A DNA stretch of 59,156 bases, the filler included. It is 3 parts of 3 records of this genome, joined end to end, with 100 filler letters (N's around TTAATTAATTAA, not from the genome) between each part and the next. Parts side by side here need not be neighbours in the genome. Positions count along the whole stretch, not along the records: positions 49,087 to 59,156 come from SRR31156797_3181; 2 more parts are not named here. One strand, 5' to 3'. Both the position numbers and the translations under genes were made by a program. The notes under the pieces were generated by a model, which was given only the letters and a program-made list of their open reading frames with translations, was not told the origin of the DNA and ran no database searches. Positions 50,364 through 59,156 of the stretch are shown piece by piece; within the stretch, counting starts at the first letter, position 1, and each line of letters begins with the position of its first letter.

Positions 50364-51053
50364 TTATTTCTTTAATTTCAAGCCTTTCTTTTTAGCTTCC
50401 ATTGATTCGTTAATATGAACCAGATTATGTCGTGTTGCCGGCATTAATAATATGCCTGCAATAGTTTTTTTCTTCCAGAAGTCTATTAACCATATAGCTT
50501 CTTCATCACGAACTACTGCACCAAGTGACAGTATCTTATCAATTCCACTTTCTAAGGCCTTAACTTTCAAGTCACTATATTTTAATGTGTTGATAATAGA
50601 GCGAGTTTTTTTAGCTACTGCGATCCTATATTCTCTGAGAGCCTGCATATTTATTGATTCACTAAATTTGATTATTTCCTCACTATTTAGTGCATTGCCA
50701 GTATCGTAGATAGATGAATTTAATTTATCCATCCATTTGGATTCATCTATAACTTGCTCCTCTCCAGCTACCAGAAGATTCATAGTCATATCTTCAATTC
50801 GTGTCGAATGCCACATACCGTATGCAACTGTTCGACCTTTTTTATTTTGCCCTTTTCTAAAAGTAAACTCATCTAAATCTTGCCATAATTTATCTTCAAA
50901 TGTAGAAGTATTAATACCTGATACTTCAGAAGCATGTACTCTTGCGTGTTGATCCAAAAGCAAATCAATTGCTTCGCTAAAAGTTGCCTCTTTTTTTAAT
51001 AGCTCTCTTAATATTTTTTGATTAGCGCTCCATGTTTTTACAGTATATTCCAT
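50364..51053 (-). CDS. DinB-like family protein
   Basis: TVAYGMWHSTRIED and RHNLVH histidine pattern of DinB/YfiT helical bundles. Confidence 0.7.
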   Translation of the reverse strand: MEYTVKTWSANQKILRELLKKEATFSEAIDLLLDQHARVHASEVSGINTSTFEDKLWQDLDEFTFRKGQNKKGRTVAYGMWHSTRIEDMTMNLLVAGEEQVIDESKWMDKLNSSIYDTGNALNSEEIIKFSESINMQALREYRIAVAKKTRSIINTLKYSDLKVKALESGIDKILSLGAVVRDEEAIWLIDFWKKKTIAGILLMPATRHNLVHINESMEAKKKGLKLKK

Positions 51054-51099
51054 GATCTTCACCTCTTATTATTGATAATACAATGAAACAACACCTCAA

Positions 51100-51930
51100 T
51101 CATTCTTTAATGATGAACGATTCCCAGCCATCATATTTACCATCAAAATTCTTCAAAAAACTCATAAACGTGTCAGTGATTCGATTAATTTTATTTAAGT
51201 CAATATTGTGATTTAAGTGTAGAATTAATTGATATTTGTATTCATCAGTACTCTTATTTACACTTTCTTCAGATTTTTCAATTACAAAATTACTTTTCAA
51301 TGAAATTTCTTTGCTAAATTTTGACATTTCGTTTTTATTTCTAAAATAAAACCAATAGGTTACTTCTCTTTCTTTATATAAAATATCTCCATTTTCTAAA
51401 AATACATTTATAAGTCTCGCATTTTGTATCCTTTCCATTTCCACTTCGGTAGGAAAAAGAGAATCAAAAAATATTGACCATTTTCTATCCATCTCACTTT
51501 TTATTCGATATTTGAAATCTTTTTGCTTATTTAATTCCTTTTTTACTATTTTATCAAATTTATTAGTTTCTGTACTATAGTAATATAAGATAACTTTTTT
51601 ATTAGATATAATTCTTCCAATATAAATAATCTCTAGTTTTGAAGATAATTTCTTTTCTAGTTTCTCTTCAAGTTTATAAAGTTTTGGAAATTTTGTTTTC
51701 AGTAGTAAACCATTTTCATCAGATTCTCTATAACTTAATGTTATTGTATTTATTTGTGGAAGGTTAATTATTTGATGTTTTTCTCCTAATGCAATATTAA
51801 CCATTATTAATGCAACCTTTTCAGTTTTATCTCTCATAAAGACAGCCCAATCATTATCAAACGATATTTTTTTAGTATAAGCGGGTATACAAATTATGAG
51901 TAAAAGAAATATAAGTATTGTTTTCTTCAT
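51100..51930 (-). CDS. DUF695-like protein with C-terminal RraB-like domain
   Basis: IMVNIAL..ENGL, NGD....REVTYWFYF, GKYDGWES; N-terminal signal-like segment. Confidence 0.65.
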   Translation of the reverse strand: MKKTILIFLLLIICIPAYTKKISFDNDWAVFMRDKTEKVALIMVNIALGEKHQIINLPQINTITLSYRESDENGLLLKTKFPKLYKLEEKLEKKLSSKLEIIYIGRIISNKKVILYYYSTETNKFDKIVKKELNKQKDFKYRIKSEMDRKWSIFFDSLFPTEVEMERIQNARLINVFLENGDILYKEREVTYWFYFRNKNEMSKFSKEISLKSNFVIEKSEESVNKSTDEYKYQLILHLNHNIDLNKINRITDTFMSFLKNFDGKYDGWESFIIKE

Positions 51931-51952
51931 TTTTCACTTCCTTTGGTTTCAA

Positions 51953-52864
51953 TTATTTCTCATTATTGCTTTTGTTATTAGATTTCTTAGATCTTTTTGA
52001 GAACCAATGTAAATTATTATATTTTTTTATTTTTTTGTTGAGATAATTTATTATAATTACAATTGGTATTATTATAATCAGATATGGCAAGATACCAAAT
52101 AGGAATATTATTGATAGTTGTAGAAGCTCCTTAACACTATCAACCGAGTCAACAAATTGATCAATAGAACGCTCAATTAAGCTTTGTGGAGCGGGTTCAC
52201 TTATTTCTTGAACCTCGCGAATTTCAAGTTGAATAGTAGTAAACTCTACAAGGTTATCCCATTTTCTTATACTACCTGTAAAGTTTTCAATTTCGTATCT
52301 AACTTGAGATAAACGTTCTTCTAGTGCAATAATATCTTCAATATCAGTCGCGTTAATCATTATCTCTAATAACCTGTTTTCTTGAATCTTGAGAGCATTT
52401 ACTCGCGCCTCTGTGTCTATATATTGATCAGTTACATCTTCGCTATTCAACTCATTTACTATGATACTTCCTAATTCTCCAAAAGAATTCATGAATTCTT
52501 CATATTTGTCCTTTGGTATTCTTACTCTAAAGTTTGCCGAACGTCTTTGCCAATAATCACCAACATTTTTACGTCTACCATCTACTCGCATATTCTCAAA
52601 ATATCCATTAAGACCATATGTGGTTTCTTTTATACTTGAAATAATCTCTTCAAAATTAAGAGTTTCCATAACAACATATGCATTCTGGATGATTTTTCTA
52701 TTTGTTTGTATTCCTCCATGTTTGGAAGAATCATTTGATAGCCCGTCGTCATATTCGGCTACCATGGATTCACTCTTTGCAAGTTTTCCAGCTTTGGGAG
52801 ATGAGCAACCACTTATTAAAGTCAATACTATAATAACGACACTTATTAAATATTTTTTATTCAA
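51953..52864 (-). CDS. DUF4349-like lipoprotein
   Basis: Lipobox ISGC; RKII.NA, RIP, EDVTDQYIDTEAR..QENRL, C-terminal TM. Confidence 0.8.
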   Translation of the reverse strand: MNKKYLISVVIIVLTLISGCSSPKAGKLAKSESMVAEYDDGLSNDSSKHGGIQTNRKIIQNAYVVMETLNFEEIISSIKETTYGLNGYFENMRVDGRRKNVGDYWQRRSANFRVRIPKDKYEEFMNSFGELGSIIVNELNSEDVTDQYIDTEARVNALKIQENRLLEIMINATDIEDIIALEERLSQVRYEIENFTGSIRKWDNLVEFTTIQLEIREVQEISEPAPQSLIERSIDQFVDSVDSVKELLQLSIIFLFGILPYLIIIIPIVIIINYLNKKIKKYNNLHWFSKRSKKSNNKSNNEK

Positions 52865-52957
52865 TCTAATCCACTCCTTTGAATTAATCTATGCAATACT
52901 AGATCACCTGGATAAAACTACTAATGATATGTAACATATTTTCATTGGAATTTCTAC

Positions 52958-53401
52958 TTATATTTTTTTCTTCAGATAAATCATATCAATAAGTTGTATT
53001 CCGTCTTCGAATATTGGGTGATCATAATTATCTGTAAAAAAATTCTTGATAGAATGAGATTTTTCAAATCCGCAACTTTCATAAAATGATAATATTGCTG
53101 GAGTTTCCCCTGTTCCGACAAACATTGTTTTATAGTTATTTTTATAATAATCTGAGATAAACTTTATTAGTGCCTTAGCGTATCCTTTACCCTGATATTT
53201 TTTATATGTAGCTATGTTTTTGAGTTCACAGCTTTCTTTGTCTATAGTTGCAACAACACAAATAGTTTTCAAGTCATTATCGTACAATGCAAACATATCA
53301 CCATTTTCTAAATATCTGTCAATCATATCCTCCTGCTCGTCAGCTAATAGCAATAAATCAAGAAATTGCTTCTTGTTATTGATAATTTTTTCTATTTTCA
53401 T
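52958..53401 (-). CDS. GNAT family N-acetyltransferase
   Basis: [28 protein letters not shown]. Confidence 0.92.
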   Translation of the reverse strand: MKIEKIINNKKQFLDLLLLADEQEDMIDRYLENGDMFALYDNDLKTICVVATIDKESCELKNIATYKKYQGKGYAKALIKFISDYYKNNYKTMFVGTGETPAILSFYESCGFEKSHSIKNFFTDNYDHPIFEDGIQLIDMIYLKKKI

Positions 53402-53444
53402 TACTTTCTCCTTTTTCTACTTTACTTATCTTCTTAAAATATCT

Positions 53445-54431
53445 CTAGTCAATTAAGTATCTAAAGAACTTTTTCTGATAGGAATTAGGTGTTAAACCGG
53501 TACTTCTCTTAAAAATTCTTCTGAAAAAGCTTACATTTTCATAACCGACATGAAAAGAGATATCATCAAAAGAACGATTTCCACTTTCCAGTGCCTTTTT
53601 CGCAACCTCGATTCTGACTAATTGTATATATCTTACTACTGTCTCACCTGTTGCAGTTTTAAATCGTCTATTTAGATTTCTGGGACTCATTCCAGCATCT
53701 CTTGATAATAATTCAATTGATAATTTTTCTGTATAGTTTTTTTCTATATATTCCTGAACTTTTAAAACTTCGGGATCTTTATGATTCTTTTCAGGGAGAA
53801 AAACGCTGAAAGTAGACTGTGACAAACGATCCAAATCAATCAAGGTGCATCGAGAGCACTGTAATGCTATTTCCCTGCCACAATATTTATTAATAAGATA
53901 CATTGAGAGATTAAAATCCGCAGTCATCCCTCCGCCGCAATATATATTTCCCTCATCCGTTACCATTAATTCTGTTTTGAGTTTAACATTAGGGAACTCT
54001 TCTCTGAAGTCTTTAGCAACACCCCAATGAGTTGTTGCGGTCTTACCATCCAGTAATCTTGTAGCTGCCAGAGTAAAAGCGCCGGTACATAAACTTGCTA
54101 ATTCAGCACCTTTTTTATGGCATTTTTTTAGCCACTCAACTCTTTGGTAGAATGCTTCATCTCGAATCTTATATTGATTTGCCTGAGATGGAATCAATAC
54201 TAAGTCAACATCTTTAACTTCTTCAACTGAACAATGAGGAGTAATTTTAACATTACCTGATGACATTACAGGCTTACCATCTAGTGTTGCAATTTTCACA
54301 TCAAAAAAAGGAGAAGGCTCAATACCTACTATTCCATTCCATAACCTGCCTGTTTGTAAAAAAATATCCATTGGGCCTGCAACACTTGACATGAGACAGT
54401 GTTCTGCAGCCAGTATAATAACGTTTTTCAT
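53445..54431 (-). CDS. GlxA-type AraC regulator with DJ-1/PfpI-like domain
   Basis: SLCTGAF..LLDGKTATTHW; C-terminal AraC HTH MSPRNLNRRFK..VGYENVSFFRRIFKR. Confidence 0.92.
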   Translation of the reverse strand: MKNVIILAAEHCLMSSVAGPMDIFLQTGRLWNGIVGIEPSPFFDVKIATLDGKPVMSSGNVKITPHCSVEEVKDVDLVLIPSQANQYKIRDEAFYQRVEWLKKCHKKGAELASLCTGAFTLAATRLLDGKTATTHWGVAKDFREEFPNVKLKTELMVTDEGNIYCGGGMTADFNLSMYLINKYCGREIALQCSRCTLIDLDRLSQSTFSVFLPEKNHKDPEVLKVQEYIEKNYTEKLSIELLSRDAGMSPRNLNRRFKTATGETVVRYIQLVRIEVAKKALESGNRSFDDISFHVGYENVSFFRRIFKRSTGLTPNSYQKKFFRYLID

Positions 54432-54616
54432 TGTTTATCCTTTCTTATGGCTTGTTTAGACTTTTTTTGTCTTATAAGGAGCTTAAGAATAAATTTTATA
54501 TTGCGTATAATTTATATAGAAACAGTATTTCATTATAATTAATAGTTAACTGTTTAAATCTTAATTCGAGATTATGCTCTATTAGATTTATCAGTTCACT
54601 ACAAAAGGAGAAGAAA

Positions 54617-54916
54617 ATGCAAATATTAGTAATTATGAATTTAAAAAAAGAAGTAACAAGAGAATCATTAGCTCCGTATTTAAAAGATGAAGTTGAGCAC
54701 ACATTAGAAGAGTACCTGGATGGAAACATTCGTAACTTTTGGATTCGTGCAGATCAAATTCCCGGGGCAGTTTTTATGCTGGAAAGTTCTTCTGTTGAAG
54801 AAGCTCAAAAAGTAATGAGTAGACTGCCGTTTGTGGAGTCTGGATTTACTGATCTAGAATTCATACCACTTGAAGCACTAAAACCTTTAGGAATGTTTAT
54901 AGGAAAAACAATGTAG
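54617..54916 (+). CDS. small YCII/muconolactone-isomerase-like protein
   Basis: 99 aa; GAVFMLE..SVEEA..LPF..FIPL; AGGAG RBS; divergent from the AraC gene. Confidence 0.7.
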   Translation: MQILVIMNLKKEVTRESLAPYLKDEVEHTLEEYLDGNIRNFWIRADQIPGAVFMLESSSVEEAQKVMSRLPFVESGFTDLEFIPLEALKPLGMFIGKTM

Positions 54917-55070
54917 CTTATTAACTTCACCTGCTATTTCTGCTTATAATATAAGAACTTTGCATAGTGCTTAAAATTCTTCGAAAATATATTTATGCAG
55001 AGGTCTAAATATATTTTAAAGTATAGCAGAAAAAAGCTTTATAAATCAAATTATAAGATGGGAGAGAACG

Positions 55071-55445
55071 ATGTTAGATTTTAAAAAAGTAAGTTTAATG
55101 AATACAGGTTTAAGCTTATTTCTATTTAATAGCCACTTATTGACTCCAAAGATAGTTTTCAAAATTTTTGAAATTCCCTTAAATGAATCAGCATTTTTTA
55201 ATGCGAGAAGAACAGCTATTTTATATTTGGGGATTGGGATCATAATGTTTCTTGGCAGAAATGAAGAAAATTCTAAGTCACGACAGGCTATGTGCCTTGG
55301 ATTAACTGTAATTTTTCTTGGTTTGGCAGCTCTGGGAATATTTGAATTTGCAAGAGGATATGCAGGTGTTGGGCTGTTATCTGCTGTCATTATAGAACTC
55401 TTTTTTGGAATTAATTATCTGAAAATCTGGATGTCGAATAAATAG
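55071..55445 (+). CDS. small membrane protein (DUF4345-like, 4 TM)
   Basis: Hydrophobic 124 aa with ARR..LYLG; GGGAG RBS. Confidence 0.7.
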   Translation: MLDFKKVSLMNTGLSLFLFNSHLLTPKIVFKIFEIPLNESAFFNARRTAILYLGIGIIMFLGRNEENSKSRQAMCLGLTVIFLGLAALGIFEFARGYAGVGLLSAVIIELFFGINYLKIWMSNK

Positions 55446-55477
55446 ACGAAGTGATTGGTTTAGGTAGAGAATAGTAA

Positions 55478-55523
55478 AAAGAACTCTTCTTATAATTATA
55501 GGTATTATTAAGAGGAGTTCTTT
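55478..55523 (+). terminator. hairpin terminator
   Basis: AAAGAACTCTTCTTA...TAAGAGGAGTTCTTT. Confidence 0.65.
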
Positions 55524-55694
55524 AGAATTAATATATTTTTTTAACCATTCAATTAGCTCAATATTTGCAAAAAATTGAAGAATTCTTATAAATTTCTACT
55601 AAATTTTCACGTTATCAAATCATTCTCTTCTATATCTCCTCTTGCTTTAACTGATTAACATTGCCTCTCATAGGTTCTTTTTTCTAAAATCTTC

Positions 55695-55750
55695 TTGACT
55701 TTCATAATTTTATTGAGTATACTCTTACTAAGAGACTAGTGGTCTTTTAG
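55695..55750 (+). promoter_or_regulatory. sigma70 promoter with downstream palindromic operator for tetR
   Basis: TTGACT-N17-TATACT (55695-55723), then CTAAGAGAC-TAGTG-GTCTTTTAG imperfect palindrome before the RBS. Confidence 0.7.
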
Positions 55751-55765
55751 AGAAAGGAGAGAGTT

Positions 55766-56416
55766 ATGACTTGGCAAAGAGCAAAAACTGAAGAACAAAA
55801 AGAATCGAGAAAAAATGAGATATATAACGCAACCCTATCACTTTTTAAAGAGTATGGTTATGAGAATGTGAGCTTTAATAGAATTGCAAAGGAAGCTAAT
55901 TTTACTAAATCTAATATGTATAGATATTTTGAATCAAAAGAAGATATTTTTTTAAGTATATTTGGAGAGATGTTTAAAACTTGGCAATTGCATTATATGA
56001 CTGAGTTAAAAAAGCTTAAAGAGAATGAGTCTTATTCTGTGTTTGCTCAAACATGGGTAAATTCATATTTAAAGTACCCTAATTTTTTAGACCTCATACC
56101 ACTACTTTTTTTATCATTAGAAAGAAATAGCTCATATGATCAACTCTTAAAATTCAAAGCAATGTCTAGGGATCTATTATTTCAAGTATCCTTAGAAGTA
56201 GTAAGAATTTATCCGAGTTTGAATCCAGACAGAGCATTTCAGTTAATAAATTCTAGTTTTGCAGCTACATCTAACTTTTGGGCTGCTAACTTTCAAAATG
56301 AATCTCTTAAAAAGATATATGAACAAGATGAATTCAAGTTCATGAAACCCAACTTTAAAGAAGATTTAACATCCTCTATAGAAATATTTCTAAGAGGTTT
56401 ATTAATAAACGATTAA
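55766..56416 (+). CDS. TetR/AcrR family regulator
   Basis: WQRA..EQK..R..EI; IAKEANFTKSNMYRYFESKEDIF HTH. Confidence 0.92.
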   Translation: MTWQRAKTEEQKESRKNEIYNATLSLFKEYGYENVSFNRIAKEANFTKSNMYRYFESKEDIFLSIFGEMFKTWQLHYMTELKKLKENESYSVFAQTWVNSYLKYPNFLDLIPLLFLSLERNSSYDQLLKFKAMSRDLLFQVSLEVVRIYPSLNPDRAFQLINSSFAATSNFWAANFQNESLKKIYEQDEFKFMKPNFKEDLTSSIEIFLRGLLIND

Positions 56417-56537
56417 AAAATATAAGACTAACTATATGAAGTCAAGAAAAAAATTGATAATTATTTTAGTACTTTGAAGTTTAATTTAAAAAAACAAGAT
56501 TTTATCTAAGCTTAGATAAAATCACAAGGAGAAAAAT

Positions 56538-56936
56538 ATGGAAATTTTTAAAATTGTTGTATTAGCATTATCTGGACTTTTATTATCTTACGCAGGATTG
56601 AATAGATTGATCAAGCCTATTTCATCATTATGTCTTATGAATTACGCACAGAACCCTGATTTGAAGCTTGAATATAAGTCAGATATATTTAATGAAATGA
56701 GATCAGCGGGATCACAGCTATTTTTCATAGGTATAATCATTCTACTTGGAATTTTTGTTCCACAGGTAAAATTATGGTCATTTGTATTCGCTGCTATAAC
56801 ATTTTTAGGTTATGCATTTGGAAGGATAGTTTCGCTGGTAGTAGATGGCAAGGTTCATAAAGATCTTATGTCAGGTCTCTATTCAGAAATAGTCTTGGGG
56901 ACTTTAAATGTTATCTGTTTAGTAAGTTTTTTATAA
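56538..56936 (+). CDS. DUF4345-like membrane protein
   Basis: NEMRSAG, GRIVSLVVDG motifs; 4 TM. Confidence 0.75.
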   Translation: MEIFKIVVLALSGLLLSYAGLNRLIKPISSLCLMNYAQNPDLKLEYKSDIFNEMRSAGSQLFFIGIIILLGIFVPQVKLWSFVFAAITFLGYAFGRIVSLVVDGKVHKDLMSGLYSEIVLGTLNVICLVSFL

Positions 56937-56941
56937 TTAAA

Positions 56942-56972
56942 AAATGGGATTCTCATTATAAGAATCCCATTT
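56942..56972. terminator. bidirectional terminator
   Basis: AAATGGGATTCT-CATTATA-AGAATCCCATTT between convergent genes. Confidence 0.8.
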
Positions 56973-57040
56973 ATTCATTCCCAACATGGCATGGTAACAG
57001 ACTAGTATGTATTATCAGCTTGTAAACTATTATTAATGAA

Positions 57041-57670
57041 TTATTGAACAGAACTCATTAATTCAAAAAAATATTTTGGTTCTTGAGTTTTATACAAATT
57101 TAGCCAAGCACTCAATGTATTTGCTTCACAAACATCCAATGCTTTCAATATCTCCACTGTAAATTCAAGTGGCGCTATTCCTGATGCTGTAATTAGATTA
57201 TTATCTCTCACAGCTCCTTTTATCTCATAATATTTTTCTCCTAAATAATTTGGAATTACCATTTTGAGATATTCTAAATCATTACTTGTGTGATTTCTTG
57301 TATCTAATAATCCTTTTTTTGCTAATCCTAAAGTCGCTCCACAGATAGCTGCAACAAAATTACCCTTATCCAAACTCTCAGTAGCTTTTTCTAATATTGA
57401 TTCATGAATCGTTGATGTCCAAGTCTCTCCACCTGGTAAAATCAACATATCTTCACTTTCAACAATACATTCTTCCACTGAAATTTCAGGGATAACTTTT
57501 AATGCCCCCATTGTAGTTATGGCTTTTTTATCAATTCCAACTGTAATTAATTTAATTGGAGCTATTCCTTTTTTAAAGTACCTTCCTGTATTTATTTCAG
57601 CAGTTAAATATCCTATTTCCCAGTCTGACATAGTATCAAATACATAAAGATAAACTGTTCTTGTTTTCAT
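57041..57670 (-). CDS. DJ-1/PfpI family protein
   Basis: DWE, LILPGG, VAAICGAT (nucleophile Cys), HTSN, LITASG. Confidence 0.92.
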   Translation of the reverse strand: MKTRTVYLYVFDTMSDWEIGYLTAEINTGRYFKKGIAPIKLITVGIDKKAITTMGALKVIPEISVEECIVESEDMLILPGGETWTSTIHESILEKATESLDKGNFVAAICGATLGLAKKGLLDTRNHTSNDLEYLKMVIPNYLGEKYYEIKGAVRDNNLITASGIAPLEFTVEILKALDVCEANTLSAWLNLYKTQEPKYFFELMSSVQ

Positions 57671-57703
57671 TAATTAACACCCCTTTTATAATCGATATAT
57701 GTT

Positions 57704-57744
57704 ATTATAAAACATCTTTACTGACATCTTTCGTCAGTGAAGAT
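57704..57744 (-). promoter_or_regulatory. putative WYL-regulator box ACTGAC-N7-GTCAGT upstream of a TATAAT -10
   Basis: ATCTTTACTGAC-ATCTTTC-GTCAGTGAAGAT at 57714-57744; minus-strand TATAAT at 57704-57709; lies between the WYL and DJ-1 genes. Confidence 0.6.
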
Positions 57745-57752
57745 AAAAAAAG

Positions 57753-58709
57753 TTATTTTTCATAGTAATTAATTAAATCAGTTAAAATTTCTACAATTTT
57801 TTCTTTTAAACTTATTGGTTCTATTATCTCTATAGATTTACCATAAGGTATAAGGATATTCGGGATATGTTTATAAATTACATCTTTTTCAAGTAAAAAT
57901 GTTGCTCTATTTGAAGTAATATCTTTTAAAAAGTTTCCCAGATACCAATGTTGGCATAAACTATCCAAAGTACTTTTATTACCTTCTATAATTAAACTGA
58001 TGTATTTTTCCTCTTTTCCTTTTAATAATCCCTTTATTAAAAATTCCCTTGCAGAAAATCCTTCCGGTCTTTCAAAACTATTAGCTGTTTCTCTAATACT
58101 ATTGATCCTGTCTACTCTAAAGCTACGAATTTCATTTCTCATATTACAAAAAGCAACTACATACCAATTATTATTCCAATAAACAATTCCATAAGGATCG
58201 ATAATTCTACAATTTAACTTTTCTTCATAACCTGTTTTGTACTCTATTTCTACAGATAACTTTTTCGTTATACTAAGCTTCAATTTTTTGAGTAATAAAT
58301 CCGTCGATACTGTCCCAACTGGTTTTATTACCTCAAACCATGTTAAATTCTCTTCAATTATATTTTCTTTTTCCTGATTGGAATGCATTTTTAGTTTTGA
58401 TGTAGCTTCGTCTAAAGTTTCACTTAAAAAATATCCTGCTTCTTTTGCAAAATAAGCAGAATGAAGCAGTGCAGTTTGTTCGTCAGCGTTAAAAAAAAGT
58501 GGAGCTTTAATAAAACTATTTAATAGAGTATAACCACCATTATGACCACTATCTGAGATAATAGGGATACCACTGGCAGAGAGTGCATCTATATATCGAT
58601 AAATCGTTCTTATATTCAACTCTAGTTTTTCAGCTATCTGTTTTGCAGTGATTTTTTTACCCGAACTTAGAATCCATAGTATTGACATCATATTATCTAT
58701 TTTGGCCAT
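57753..58709 (-). CDS. HTH-WYL-WCX transcriptional regulator (YafY/YobV-like)
   Basis: TAKQIAEKLELNIRTIYRYI..SGIPI..GGY HTH; IDPYG..WYVVAFC..R.EIRSFRVDRI WYL domain. Confidence 0.95.
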   Translation of the reverse strand: MAKIDNMMSILWILSSGKKITAKQIAEKLELNIRTIYRYIDALSASGIPIISDSGHNGGYTLLNSFIKAPLFFNADEQTALLHSAYFAKEAGYFLSETLDEATSKLKMHSNQEKENIIEENLTWFEVIKPVGTVSTDLLLKKLKLSITKKLSVEIEYKTGYEEKLNCRIIDPYGIVYWNNNWYVVAFCNMRNEIRSFRVDRINSIRETANSFERPEGFSAREFLIKGLLKGKEEKYISLIIEGNKSTLDSLCQHWYLGNFLKDITSNRATFLLEKDVIYKHIPNILIPYGKSIEIIEPISLKEKIVEILTDLINYYEK

Positions 58710-58842
58710 AAAATTTACCCCTTACTCTCTTATTTTTTATTTACTCTAGCAGCTAATTTGCCTATGTTTTGCTCTGAATTATATCACCAAGACAAGTTCA
58801 TAGTCAATTTAAAGTAACACAAGAACTTTTCTTTTTTTAATT

Positions 58843-58898
58843 TATCTTGATATCAAGATAATTATGGAGTATAATAATAATGTCTTGATATCAAGATA
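58843..58898 (+). promoter_or_regulatory. sigma70 promoter overlapped by two copies of the palindrome TCTTGATATCAAGA
   Basis: TATCTTGATATCAAGATA (58843-58860) and TGTCTTGATATCAAGATA (58881-58898); TTGATA-N17-TATAAT at 58847-58875. Confidence 0.85.
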
Positions 58899-58976
58899 GT
58901 TTAGAGTTGAGTTTACTTGAAAAAAATGTGTCTGTTTTATTTTCTATTTAAAGTTAAATCATAGGAGAGGATAAAA

Positions 58977-59156
58977 ATGTCAAAAATAATAAAAAATTAT
59001 AAAGCACAAAGAGTAATGGAGGGAGCTGGAGTCCCTGTAAATAGAGTGTTTGGTTATTATGAAGTAAATGATTTTGATCCGTTTTTAATGCTAGATTATA
59101 TTTATGCAAGTTCAGCTGGGATGACAGAGGGCTTTCCTTGGCATCCACATAAAGGG
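58977..59156 (+). CDS. pirin family protein (3'-truncated; absent from the ORF track)
   Basis: Translated by hand: MSKIIKNYKAQRVMEGAGVPVNRVFG..DPFLMLD..GFPWHPHKG; AGGAG RBS. Confidence 0.93.
   Translation, partial: MSKIIKNYKAQRVMEGAGVPVNRVFGYYEVNDFDPFLMLDYIYASSAGMTEGFPWHPHKG

Noticed and set aside
49394-54431. Six unrelated same-strand genes as an integron cassette array
   Set aside because: Several spacers are only 22-43 bp, no repeated attC cores are visible and there is no integrase

Overview
The window is not one continuous locus. It is three contigs joined by identical artificial 100-bp spacers (N44-TTAATTAATTAA-N44 at 25839-25938 and 48987-49086), and they differ in base composition, so they probably come from different organisms. 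Contig 1 (1-25838) looks like Desulfovibrionaceae/Pseudodesulfovibrio core genome. It holds the end of the spc/alpha ribosomal operon (rplO-secY-map-rpmJ-rpsM-rpsK-rpsD-rpoA-rplQ), a LysR gene, a futalosine menaquinone cluster (TetR-mqnE-mqnC-mqnA, with mqnD divergent), a DMT transporter, an Mla-type ABC operon plus darP, lrp-putA, rpe, uup and ahbA. It ends in a palindromic REP-like element. Contig 2 (25939-48986) is probably another sulfate-reducer-like deltaproteobacterium. It carries trmO, a K+ channel, a serine hydrolase whose signal peptide is out of frame at an A8 tract, sigma54-driven amtB-glnK, a 437-aa protein with degenerate RelA/SpoT-synthetase-like motifs, panC, and a taurine catabolism cluster (xsc-tpa-ald). 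That cluster adjoins two GntR paralogs, a TRAP transporter and a CoA-acylating (methyl)malonate-semialdehyde dehydrogenase; the latter two share an upstream CTAATATATTAG palindrome. Contig 3 (49087-59156) is very AT-rich and holds small stress and regulatory genes (PfkB, DinB, DUF695-like, DUF4349-like, GNAT, GlxA-type AraC, TetR, DJ-1/PfpI, WYL regulator, pirin) with several clear operators. I saw no rRNA, tRNA, CRISPR array or transposase. Family assignments come from recognised motifs only; no searches were run.
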